The translations under genes were made by a program, and so were the position numbers. This document shows, piece by piece, positions 54,783-63,769 of a stretch of 64,000 bases of DNA (its first letter is position 1; the number at the start of each line of letters is the position of its first letter). The DNA lies in the IMG/VR virus record IMGVR_UViG_3300026136_000008. One strand, 5' to 3'. The notes under the pieces are model-generated. The model had not been told where the DNA came from. It saw only the letters and a program-made list of their open reading frames with translations, and did no database searches. Source of the DNA: a virus.

Positions 54783-55915
54783 TATTCTCTCACTAGTCCT
54801 AACGATTGATGGTAACTATATTCTCCGCCTTTTTGTGTAAAGTCATGTTGTATGTGTTTAACTAGCCATTTGCCATCGTGTCGACGAGTGCCTTGTTCTA
54901 TATTACTACTTAGTTTACAATCAACAGTCATTCCAACTCCTAAACCAGGCAAGGCTGCCATAGCAGATACATCCATCATAGTATTAAATGCTCGTACTGT
55001 AGTGTTAATAATTGTGCCCGATGCCACATCACCTCTATTAGCTAATACGCTTTTTACATTCTCATCATATAATTTATTACTTAGCTTAAATTTTGTTTTA
55101 GGTACCGATGTTACTTCTTTTGTAGTATTCTCTATCTTCTGTGTTTCATCTAAATTAATTTCATTAATTGCTTCACCAAATAATCCATCTTCTATTTTTT
55201 GAACAAAATCCATACTGTATTCTTTCATTAAGAAATCTTCTGCTGTTCCTAAAACTGATAGAGGATTTGTTTGAACTTCTCTCATATCTGCTATACCTTG
55301 CTTAATAGAAACCGGTGTTCCTTGATTATCAATAAATGCATTATTAACCATATCATGTAAAGAAGTTAACCTTATAGTATTTTCATCAACTAATCTTTCA
55401 TACATAAATAATCCAGATTGATCTATACAATATGCATTTGCTACAAGTGTTTTAAAACAATCTTTTGCAGCAATGTTTGGTGCAATATATCTACCACTCG
55501 TTGCTGTTTTTGAATCAACAGCCATTTTATTTTCTGAAGCACTTACATCTGCAAATATTTTAGCAATAATTTCAGCCGATGTTCCATTATATACTGAATT
55601 TACGGTATTAGCAAAGTTAGGTACATGTATAGATTTTAAATGGATAGTATAATTCTTTTTTTCTGTATTTAATTTCATATCAGTTATTCCATCCATATAA
55701 AAGCTTGCCGTATATTCTTGCTTTAAATATGAAAAACTGATATCAACAGGAGCTAATTCTGTGCCTATAAAATTATCAAAGAAGTTAGTTGAATCTTGAA
55801 CAGCAATTTGCCCTTGCATCATACCGAATATACTTTCATATAAAGTTAATCCATTAACAAATCCGCTAATATCTATTTTACGTACTTCAATTTTTATACT
55901 ATCTAGATTAAGCAT
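54782..55915 (-). CDS. Baseplate hub protein (gp27-like)
   Basis: LYESIF..M.G, GKWLVKHIQHDF; position between gp53 and gp5. Confidence 0.6.
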   Translation of the reverse strand: MLNLDSIKIEVRKIDISGFVNGLTLYESIFGMMQGQIAVQDSTNFFDNFIGTELAPVDISFSYLKQEYTASFYMDGITDMKLNTEKKNYTIHLKSIHVPNFANTVNSVYNGTSAEIIAKIFADVSASENKMAVDSKTATSGRYIAPNIAAKDCFKTLVANAYCIDQSGLFMYERLVDENTIRLTSLHDMVNNAFIDNQGTPVSIKQGIADMREVQTNPLSVLGTAEDFLMKEYSMDFVQKIEDGLFGEAINEINLDETQKIENTTKEVTSVPKTKFKLSNKLYDENVKSVLANRGDVASGTIINTTVRAFNTMMDVSAMAALPGLGVGMTVDCKLSSNIEQGTRRHDGKWLVKHIQHDFTQKGGEYSYHQSLGLVRE

Positions 55916-56627
55916 TTTGCATTACTTTAATAAACTGTGTAGATACCGCCGTCATGTGTTCAGGCTTAATTACTTTAAGTTGCCTGTTTTGTTCAGTTAC
56001 AGCCGACTCATAATCGATGTATGTATATGCGGTAGTTCCAGCCTCTCTACGTTTTACCCATGCTCCAGTTGAATCATCAACATGATGATGAGGTGCATAA
56101 GCTTGTGACTTAATAAAATTACAAGATACTGAATCTGAAGAACTAAGACCTTGTATAGTTTCACCGGTCTCAGTAAATGCAACACCATTTGATGGATCTA
56201 TTACAATATAACCCATATTGACATGGATCTCTTTTACTATACCTAATGCACCAGATACAGAACCTTGAACACTTTCTCCTAGTGTAAATTTATCTACTAA
56301 TGAATCATCAGTATCTGCAGCTAAGTATTGATACTTGTTTGTGCAATAGTCTATTAGCTGGGATGAGCTCATTGGCCAATCATCCCATATATTTTTTATT
56401 TGAGGATTAAGTAATAAAAATGTCCAATGGAAATCATCAGTACCATATAAACGTTGGCTTAAATGATCTGGTCTTTCGCCGTCTATAATTTCTACTGTTT
56501 CGTAATAACCTATATTATTAATTAGCTCATCCGAAATCTTTGCTTTAGCTGTCAGATTTTTCATTAAGTCTAAATTGCCAGATGCATCTATATCTATTGG
56601 AACACTTGCTATATTTTTAAAATACAT
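55908..56627 (-). CDS. gp53: Baseplate wedge component
   Basis: MYFKN, IIDGERPDHLSQRLYG...W..LLLN, DWP, YE...E..R.LKVIKP. Confidence 0.85.
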   Translation of the reverse strand: MYFKNIASVPIDIDASGNLDLMKNLTAKAKISDELINNIGYYETVEIIDGERPDHLSQRLYGTDDFHWTFLLLNPQIKNIWDDWPMSSSQLIDYCTNKYQYLAADTDDSLVDKFTLGESVQGSVSGALGIVKEIHVNMGYIVIDPSNGVAFTETGETIQGLSSSDSVSCNFIKSQAYAPHHHVDDSTGAWVKRREAGTTAYTYIDYESAVTEQNRQLKVIKPEHMTAVSTQFIKVMQNA

Positions 56628-56629
56628 AT

Positions 56630-57808
56630 TTAATACCCTGCCTTGACATCATCTTTGTATAATGGATTAAGTTCTTTAAGTGTTACTGTTAAATTAATTT
56701 CTACTGGTGAATTATTTTTTCTAAAGAATGAAGAATTATTTGGGTTATATGTAACACCAACATTCTCTACAACAACAGGAGGTAATTGAATCATGTCTTT
56801 TGAACCGTGGAATGATACTACACAATGGTCAGGAACAGTAATTGTAACCTGATCATTTTTTGTAGCGTGCATAGATTCTCTAAAGAATTTAATAAGACCC
56901 GCTGCTTGATCTGATTCTTGTTCTGAATCAGGTAGTATAGTCCAATTAAAAGTAAATGATCTTAATGGTGTACCAGCGTATGCTGCAAATTCGTTTTTAT
57001 TTAATAGTGCGCCGGTAGATCTTTGCATTTCAGTTGCGATAATATCACCAACACCATAACCAGCTAAAGCACCTAACATACCGCCTCCAGCTATTTTACC
57101 CGCACCTGCACCATATACTGAAATTGCTTGTGTACTAGCCAACACTGCCTTATTATTAAAAGCCCTTGAACCGCCACCGCTTACCATTTCATTTAAGCCT
57201 GCTGCAAATTGTCTTGTGTCCTCGTTATATGTTATACCATCAGATATTTCAATTCCAGTTGGCATATATAAACAAATAGAACCTGTATATGTTCTTCTTA
57301 CTGGAGTTGTATAAGCTTCGATTAATCCTTTTGAAGCTTCGAATGCTTTGCCATTAGTAATACTGTTATTTACTGCTGCGGAATTTTCACCACCAGCAGA
57401 TTCCCTAATTGCATTTTCTCTGTTTGTTCCACGACCGATAGTATTATTTTGGTCCAAGATATCAGCTGCCCTTCCTATTACTGCAGATGCATTACTTTTA
57501 AGAAATCCTGCAGTCCAATCAAATCCTTTTTTACCTTGTTGTGCAAAGCTATTTTGATTTTTATTCGGGGTACCATCAACTTTCATAAACTCAAACATCA
57601 TGTATGGTTCATTAGTTAATTGTGAAGTATTATCCATACGCCTTTTGGCATACTCACTAGTTTCATGACTGTTAAAGCTTATATCATCTTGATAGGTATC
57701 ACTACCAACTGTTGATGGGTATTTCCAAGATTGGAAAGAAAATCCTCTAACTTTATCAGCTATTTCCCTACCACGTTGGTGTCTGTGATCTTCTGCTGGA
57801 TCGCTCAT
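56630..57808 (-). CDS. gp48: Baseplate tail-tube cap
   Basis: ICLYMP, LRSFTFNW...P.S..E, PVEINLTVTLKE. Confidence 0.8.
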   Translation of the reverse strand: MSDPAEDHRHQRGREIADKVRGFSFQSWKYPSTVGSDTYQDDISFNSHETSEYAKRRMDNTSQLTNEPYMMFEFMKVDGTPNKNQNSFAQQGKKGFDWTAGFLKSNASAVIGRAADILDQNNTIGRGTNRENAIRESAGGENSAAVNNSITNGKAFEASKGLIEAYTTPVRRTYTGSICLYMPTGIEISDGITYNEDTRQFAAGLNEMVSGGGSRAFNNKAVLASTQAISVYGAGAGKIAGGGMLGALAGYGVGDIIATEMQRSTGALLNKNEFAAYAGTPLRSFTFNWTILPDSEQESDQAAGLIKFFRESMHATKNDQVTITVPDHCVVSFHGSKDMIQLPPVVVENVGVTYNPNNSSFFRKNNSPVEINLTVTLKELNPLYKDDVKAGY

Positions 57809-57835
57809 AATGGTTCCTTATGTTTGTATATTACT

Positions 57836-57859
57836 TATTTATAACGATTTGTATAAATA
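57836..57859. promoter_or_regulatory. Back-to-back divergent late promoters
   Basis: TATAAATA at 57836-57843 (-) and 57852-57859 (+). Confidence 0.8.
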
Positions 57860-57864
57860 GTTGT

Positions 57865-58362
57865 ATGAAAAAAACATATTCTGGATCATGGAAGCCAAAA
57901 AACCTTCATAAGTATAAAGGTGACCCAAACAAAATAACGTATAGATCATTGTGGGAACGCAATGCATTTCGACATTTAGATAATGCGTCATGGGTAAAGT
58001 GGTGGAATTCAGAAGAAACTGTAATAGGTTATATATGTAAAACAGATAATAAACCTCATAGATACTTTGTTGACCTTACTATAAGAACTACAAAGGGTGA
58101 GACCTGGTTAGTTGAAATTAAACCATCATCACAAACAAAACCGCCTAAACGTAAAAAGCTTAATGAAGCATTAACCTACATGAAGAATGTTTCTAAATGG
58201 GAATATGCAAATAAGTTTTGTGAAAACCGTGGGTATAAGTTTTATATTTGGACCGAGAAAGAATTAGAGGCAATGGGTATTAAGACAATGACCTTAGGGT
58301 TTAAAGCAAGCAAAACTAAAACTGGTAGAAGAATATGGAAAACACTTGGTAAAAAGGTATAA
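57865..58362 (+). CDS. gp4: Head completion protein (TnsA-like nuclease fold)
   Basis: YSGSWKPKNLHKYKGDP, YRSLWE, WNSEE, HRYFVD, LVEIKP, WTEKEL; start ATG 57865. Confidence 0.9.
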   Translation: MKKTYSGSWKPKNLHKYKGDPNKITYRSLWERNAFRHLDNASWVKWWNSEETVIGYICKTDNKPHRYFVDLTIRTTKGETWLVEIKPSSQTKPPKRKKLNEALTYMKNVSKWEYANKFCENRGYKFYIWTEKELEAMGIKTMTLGFKASKTKTGRRIWKTLGKKV

Positions 58363-58365
58363 ATA
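58358..58365 (+). promoter_or_regulatory. T4-type late promoter
   Basis: TATAAATA-N5-ATG(58371), overlapping the gp4 stop. Confidence 0.65.
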
Positions 58366-58370
58366 TAGTT

Positions 58371-58565
58371 ATGAAAGAAGAAGATCAAAGTGATGGTAAA
58401 CTAGAAATATCTCTAAGAATATTGGGGAACGAAATAATAGGATTTAAAATGATGGTAGATGATTTTAAAATAAAGTTTTTACTAGGTGGTATAGCAGCTA
58501 TGAGTATTATAGCATATATCATGGTAGTATTCGGACCGCAATTAATGGAGACTTTTAGTGGCTAG
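58371..58565 (+). CDS. Small single-pass membrane protein
   Basis: C-terminal hydrophobic helix FLLGGIAAMSIIAYIMVVF. Confidence 0.6.
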   Translation: MKEEDQSDGKLEISLRILGNEIIGFKMMVDDFKIKFLLGGIAAMSIIAYIMVVFGPQLMETFSG

Positions 58566-59136
58566 TTTGTTTGACAAGTTAGAATCAGAAGCATTCCGTA
58601 AAGGAATACAAGCAAGAACTAAAGAAGCTGAAGTATGGTTTGCTAAAAATGTAAAGAAGCTTGGTAAGTTAGGGCCAAATGTTTTGCAAGATGATAGGTT
58701 AAAGAAGACACGTATAAAAGCTGGTGATATGGTAATGTACACGTATGATCCAAAGCTTAAAAAGACTTTACCTTACTATGACACATTTCCTTTAGCTATT
58801 ATTGTAGGTAAAGCACCAGGTGGATTCCATGCGTTAAACTTGCATTACTTACCACCTAAAGTTCGTGCTATCTTCTTAGACAAATTAAATGATGTAACGA
58901 ATAATCAGAAGTTTGATGATTCAACTAAATTTAAAATAACATATAAGCTACTGCAATCTACGAAGAACTATAAGTATTTTGCACCGTGCTACAAACATTA
59001 TTTGACACCTAATGTAACATCTAATGTTATGAAGGTAAATGCTGCAGAATGGAATATAGCAATATTTTTACAAACGGCTGCGTTTAGGAAGAAGAGTCAA
59101 AGATATGTTTGGGGACAATCAAGGAGAATGTACTAA
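58558..59136 (+). CDS. gp2: DNA end protector protein
   Basis: YDPKLKKTLPYYDTFPL, LNLHYLPP, PCYKHYL. Confidence 0.9.
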   Translation: MASLFDKLESEAFRKGIQARTKEAEVWFAKNVKKLGKLGPNVLQDDRLKKTRIKAGDMVMYTYDPKLKKTLPYYDTFPLAIIVGKAPGGFHALNLHYLPPKVRAIFLDKLNDVTNNQKFDDSTKFKITYKLLQSTKNYKYFAPCYKHYLTPNVTSNVMKVNAAEWNIAIFLQTAAFRKKSQRYVWGQSRRMY

Positions 59137-59834
59137 TGGCATTACCAGTAAGTATCGATACAATGAAGTCTACAATTAACCGTAGAGGTGGTTTAGCGCG
59201 TGGAAATAGATACGCAGTTTATATAACCCATCCATCAAAATCTATAAACAGTTTATTAGGATATAACCCCGCAACTCTCTTGAGCAATTTAATTTCAGGT
59301 GATGGTGTAAATATAGCAGACTTTATTACTGATCCGAGAGATATGTTTTTATTATGTCAAACAGCAATGATGCCAGGTAAACGTATACTCACACAAGAAG
59401 CTATGCATAACCACCACATGTCTAAAAAACCTTATTCCGCTGCAACAGATGAAGTTACTATGTCATTCTTATTAACGAATGATTACTATATTAAAAAGTA
59501 TTTTGATATGTGGCAAGAAATGATTATTGATACATCAGGTAGACACTATAAGGCATTTTATAAACAAGACTATTGTACTGATGTACTCATACAACAACTG
59601 TCACCATCGAATGATGTGATTCCTGGATATACAGTTAAACTTACGAATGCATATCCAATTACGGTAAGTCAAGTTGATTTAACTGAAGGATCAGAAGGAA
59701 TGATGGAAGTAAGTGTTACGTTTGAATATGATAATTTTAAGGCATTAGATTTAAGAGATGGATTTGAAGATGTAGCAAATAAGATGTTACAGATAGGAGC
59801 GAATACGTTAGATATATTTAAGCGTGTATTTTAA
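59136..59834 (+). CDS. Tail-tube-like protein (gp54/gp19 family)
   Basis: GGLARGNRY, MPGK, FDMWQEMI, AYPITV, VSVTFEY; start ATG 59136 with AAGGAG. Confidence 0.75.
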   Translation: MALPVSIDTMKSTINRRGGLARGNRYAVYITHPSKSINSLLGYNPATLLSNLISGDGVNIADFITDPRDMFLLCQTAMMPGKRILTQEAMHNHHMSKKPYSAATDEVTMSFLLTNDYYIKKYFDMWQEMIIDTSGRHYKAFYKQDYCTDVLIQQLSPSNDVIPGYTVKLTNAYPITVSQVDLTEGSEGMMEVSVTFEYDNFKALDLRDGFEDVANKMLQIGANTLDIFKRVF

Positions 59835-59859
59835 ATTATAACAATGGAGATATAATGAT

Positions 59860-60570
59860 ATGTTGCCAATTATAGCAACCCCAAAGTATGATATGATTGT
59901 ACCCTCAACAGGGCAAAGTATTACATACAGACCATATGTGGTCAAAGAAGAAAAGATTTTATTAATTGCATTAGAATCTGAAAATGAAGTAGCAATTGAA
60001 AGAGCTGTGACTGATATTATCAAGGCTTGTATAGAAACACCGGTTGATATGAAGTCATTCACGATGTTTGATATCGAATATATGTTTACTACTTTGCGTA
60101 GTAAATCTGTAGGTGAAGGTATTGAAGTTCAATTGAAGTGTTTAAATGATGAGTGCGAAGCGACACAAAAATTAAAAATTAATTTAGATGATGTTTATGT
60201 AGCTAATCTAGATACTGATGCAGATATGCATGTAAAAATAAATGACGAGATTAGTGTTGATTTAAAATATCTTGGTTATTCAGATAGTTTAACTCAGGCT
60301 CAAAGAGCTACTGAGACTGAAGCTGCTATTAATATGGTAGCAAAAACAATTGATACAATTTATAGTGGTGAAGAAACATATACAACTAAAGATGCACCGT
60401 TTAAAGAAGTAGTGAGGTTTGTTGAAAGTTTAAATAATGAGCAGTTTGCTAAGATCATAAACTTTATGACAGACTCACCGGTATTAACTTATGATGTTGA
60501 TTATAAGTGTAGTACATGTGGACATCATAATGTTAAACAGCTGAAAGGATTGACAGATTTTTTTTCGTAG
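59860..60570 (+). CDS. gp26: Baseplate hub assembly protein
   Basis: LPII.TPKY, YRPYVVKEEKILL, FDIEY.F..LRSKSVGE, two Cys pairs, GLTDFF. Confidence 0.85.
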   Translation: MLPIIATPKYDMIVPSTGQSITYRPYVVKEEKILLIALESENEVAIERAVTDIIKACIETPVDMKSFTMFDIEYMFTTLRSKSVGEGIEVQLKCLNDECEATQKLKINLDDVYVANLDTDADMHVKINDEISVDLKYLGYSDSLTQAQRATETEAAINMVAKTIDTIYSGEETYTTKDAPFKEVVRFVESLNNEQFAKIINFMTDSPVLTYDVDYKCSTCGHHNVKQLKGLTDFFS

Positions 60571-60758
60571 CCCTTTCACATGATAACGTAGCAAATCAGT
60601 TAAAAACTAATTTTGCTTTAATGGTCCATCATAATTTTAGTTTAGTAGATTTAGAAAATATGTTACCATGGGAAAGGGAATTATATTTAGTTCTCATGAA
60701 GGAACATATTGAAGAAGAGAACAGACGTAATAAGGAACGACAAGCAAAAATGGGATAA
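60558..60758 (+). CDS. gp51: Small gp51-like domain in the -1 frame of gp26, probably reached by frameshift (absent from the ORF track)
   Basis: FFFVALSHDNVANQLKTNFALMVHHNFSLVDLENMLPWERELYLVLMKEHIEEENRRNKERQAKMG*; first ATG is at 60621, inside the conserved-looking block and without an SD. Confidence 0.75.
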   Translation, partial: FFFVALSHDNVANQLKTNFALMVHHNFSLVDLENMLPWERELYLVLMKEHIEEENRRNKERQAKMG

Positions 60759-60764
60759 AAACTT

Positions 60765-62768
60765 ATGGCAAAGAAAACACAAGAAAGTTTATTAGGTGAA
60801 GTAGTACAACTTCTGCGAAAGCAGAATCAACTGAGTACGCGCGATAGACTGAAAGAAGCTGAAGAAGCTAAACGCCAAGAAAAAGCAGATGAGGCTATTT
60901 TAAATCCAAACTCTAAGACGTCAGCTACGGGCGAACCTATCATTAACGATGCACAAGACTTTAAGCGAAGATATAAAGCCAATATTGCTGGTAAAATTAC
61001 TAAAGAAAAAATGGACGCGCCTAAAAATAGGGCAAAGAAAAAAGTCCAAGAAGTAATTAAACACTCTACATTTATGACAAGACGTTTGATTGAGAAATCA
61101 AACAAGATGATGTACCGAATAAATGTTGAAAACACTAACGATGACCTCTTGAGGTTTAAATATAGAAAAGCAAGAGATCAGAAGAAAGACCAAAGTGATG
61201 AGGAATATCGTAGAGAGCATGGCGGTGAGATGTTTGACTTCACTAAGAAATTTAGAAAGATGATTGCTGGATTTTTATCTCCTAGGGAATTAGCACGACA
61301 AAAGAAAAGAGAAGAATGGTCAATCATTAAAGAAAACTGGTTTAAGTATGGCATGATCCCATTAATCACAGCATTAACAGCTTCGATTACTTTAGCATAT
61401 AACGGTATGCATTTATGGCATACAAAAGCTTTGGCTACTTTAGCTGCTGTTAAAACTTGGGGTACAACTACTATTGGAGCATGGTTAAAAGACGGAAAGA
61501 TTGCTACTGCATATACAAGCCTTAAAACTTCTATATACGCATGGTTTGGTTATGACAAAGCCGGTAAACCAATATATACGAAAGTTGATGGTGAATGGAA
61601 AAAGATTGGATGGGCTGGGCTTACTGAAAGTGTAAAGACTAGATTAGCTGACATAAGACTAAAAGCATATAATGCTATTGGATTAGGCCCTGATGGTAAA
61701 CCGCTTGGTGCTAGACCTGGACCTCGTGGATCATTACCTGTTAGAGCAGCATGGATGTCTGCTGGATATGCTGCTTTACTGACACGAAGATTAAATACAA
61801 TGTTTTCACCTGTTACTAAACTTAGTGGTGGTATAGCCAAATGGACTAGTAGTACAAGTGGTAAATTAATTAAAGATACTTTTAAAACCTTTGCCAATCT
61901 TGGTGCTGTGAAATTTATAGGTAGATTACTCTGGCCAATTGCTGCTATATTCTCAGTATTTGAAGGATTCAAAGCAGGTAAAGCTGAAGCTGCTGAAGAT
62001 GATGCTAAATGGTATACGATATTAGGTGAAGCCGGTGGTGGTGCAATAGGTTATCTTGTTGGTGGTTTGGCAGATGCTATTAAGGGATTAGCAGTATGGG
62101 GTATTAGAAAAATGTTTGGTCTTGAAACAGACGCAGATGGTAATATTTTACCTGGGCAAGGTATTGGCGGTGATGCTCTTGCAGCAATACAAAGATTCAG
62201 TTTCGCAGACTTAATACATAAAATTATTGCATTCCCTTTCCATGCAATTTCTGCTATATCAGATTATATAGGAGAGTTGTTAAGTGATCCTTTAGGTACA
62301 GCTGGAGACATGTGGAGCTGGGTTACAGATTTACCGGGTAAATTTGTTAATTGGATAAAAGACCTTATACCAGATTGGGAATTTCAATTTCCAAAACTAT
62401 TAGGTGGCGGAACATGGAATTTACGTAAAGCTCTTGGAATTGATGATGAAGGGGCTGAATCAATGACAAGTAACTATATTGCTCATTATGCAAGTAATAC
62501 TGATCCAGCAACTGGTAAAAAAATGGGCGTTGCAGACCTGCAAGCCATGAAGACTAAATACGGCGAAGATTGGAGATTTGGCGAAAGTGCTTCAGAACTA
62601 TTTCGAATAGCTAATGAGAGACAAGTAGCACTGAGAATAGCTGAAATACAAAATCAGGATGGTTATACTGCACGAGGTGCGGCTGTTAATGTTACTAATA
62701 TAATTCAATATAAAGATGAAGGTTATGGTGACTATATTAAGTCTACACGACTAGAAGCCACAATGTAA
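60765..62768 (+). CDS. Probable tape-measure / hub protein (gp29-like)
   Basis: 667 aa, helical, Gly/Ala/Trp-rich amphipathic segments; follows gp26/gp51. Confidence 0.55.
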   Translation: MAKKTQESLLGEVVQLLRKQNQLSTRDRLKEAEEAKRQEKADEAILNPNSKTSATGEPIINDAQDFKRRYKANIAGKITKEKMDAPKNRAKKKVQEVIKHSTFMTRRLIEKSNKMMYRINVENTNDDLLRFKYRKARDQKKDQSDEEYRREHGGEMFDFTKKFRKMIAGFLSPRELARQKKREEWSIIKENWFKYGMIPLITALTASITLAYNGMHLWHTKALATLAAVKTWGTTTIGAWLKDGKIATAYTSLKTSIYAWFGYDKAGKPIYTKVDGEWKKIGWAGLTESVKTRLADIRLKAYNAIGLGPDGKPLGARPGPRGSLPVRAAWMSAGYAALLTRRLNTMFSPVTKLSGGIAKWTSSTSGKLIKDTFKTFANLGAVKFIGRLLWPIAAIFSVFEGFKAGKAEAAEDDAKWYTILGEAGGGAIGYLVGGLADAIKGLAVWGIRKMFGLETDADGNILPGQGIGGDALAAIQRFSFADLIHKIIAFPFHAISAISDYIGELLSDPLGTAGDMWSWVTDLPGKFVNWIKDLIPDWEFQFPKLLGGGTWNLRKALGIDDEGAESMTSNYIAHYASNTDPATGKKMGVADLQAMKTKYGEDWRFGESASELFRIANERQVALRIAEIQNQDGYTARGAAVNVTNIIQYKDEGYGDYIKSTRLEATM

Positions 62769-62791
62769 AAAAAGGGGACTTTCGTCCCCTT
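62767..62791 (-). terminator. Rho-independent terminator for gene 32 (possibly bidirectional)
   Basis: AAGGGGAC-GAAA-GTCCCCTT plus T tract, between convergent genes. Confidence 0.88.
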
Positions 62792-62808
62792 CTCAAACTG
62801 ATTAACTC

Positions 62809-63693
62809 TTAAGCTTCAGCTGCTAGTTTAGCAAAATAACTCATAGTATCATCATTGTCTGAATCAGCTCTGGCTACTGGATCAGCAGCTGTCGCAACAG
62901 GATCAGACATTGCAGGTTCGTCATTAAATGGAGCATCATCTTCGACTGCTGGCATTTTAACTTCCTCACCTAACACACGAGTTAGCTTAAGATTAAGCTC
63001 ACTGTAAGATTTAAATGATGATGGATCGGTAAACTCTTTCAGTGCATACTGCTTATTGTAAATACCTTCTAACACATTGTCATCGGTATGTAACGCTTCA
63101 GCAGGAGCAAATTCAGATCTGTCATAGTTCCTGTAACCAGCAACATTAGCGATCTTCATTTTAAAGTTAGCACCTTTCCACATATCAAATGGGTTAACTG
63201 GTGTTTCATCTTGAAACTTAGGTTGCATGCTATCCATAATCTTCTCAAAGATTTTAGCACCATAGGTATATAGAAATACCTTACCTTCGTTTTCAGGATT
63301 CTCAGGATCTGAGACAACATAGATATTTGACACATAATGTAGTCTACGCTTACGCTTACGTGCAAGATCTTTGTCAGCTTCAATACCTGTATTCCAAAGT
63401 TTAGAATTCATCTCTGACACAGGATCGTCTTTACCAATAGTAGTCAGTGATTTCTCAACATACCATTGTCCAGTTGGTCCTTGGAAGAAGTGATCCCAGT
63501 ATTTAGCCCAAGGTAAGTCATCACCTTCAACTGCTGGTAGAAAACGAATAACAGCATATCCGTTACCTGCTTTATCTACCGTGGGTTTCCACATACGATC
63601 GTCGCCATATGATTTCTTTTCTGTGGTGCTTCCGGCCGCACCAACTAATGCGCTCATGTCATTAGCTTTAGCCTTTAAGTCTGCAAAACTCAT
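62809..63693 (-). CDS. gp32: Single-stranded DNA-binding protein
   Basis: DDRMWKP..DKAGNGYAVIRFLP, GQWYVEKSLTT, NPFDMWKGANFK, YRNYD, acidic tail. Confidence 0.97.
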   Translation of the reverse strand: MSFADLKAKANDMSALVGAAGSTTEKKSYGDDRMWKPTVDKAGNGYAVIRFLPAVEGDDLPWAKYWDHFFQGPTGQWYVEKSLTTIGKDDPVSEMNSKLWNTGIEADKDLARKRKRRLHYVSNIYVVSDPENPENEGKVFLYTYGAKIFEKIMDSMQPKFQDETPVNPFDMWKGANFKMKIANVAGYRNYDRSEFAPAEALHTDDNVLEGIYNKQYALKEFTDPSSFKSYSELNLKLTRVLGEEVKMPAVEDDAPFNDEPAMSDPVATAADPVARADSDNDDTMSYFAKLAAEA

Positions 63694-63737
63694 TGTACAT
63701 CTCCTTTAAAAATTTATATTAATTTATATCGTTTTAT

Positions 63738-63766
63738 ATTATAACATACTTTTGCAAAAAGTACAT
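63738..63766 (-). promoter_or_regulatory. Sigma70-like (early/middle) promoter for gene 32
   Basis: ATGTAC-N17-TATAAT with an extended TG-n-TATAAT. Confidence 0.5.
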
Positions 63767-63769
63767 ACT

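Noticed and set aside
57865-58362. TnsA transposase or homing endonuclease
   Set aside because: Motifs and position next to gp2 and gp48 match the T4 head-completion protein; no element ends are visible
293-63383. Many opposite-strand or nested ORFs in the track (e.g. 293-733, 33404-34012, 41099-41752, 61550-61972)
   Set aside because: They are shadows of biased-codon genes on the other strand, with no motifs or expression signals
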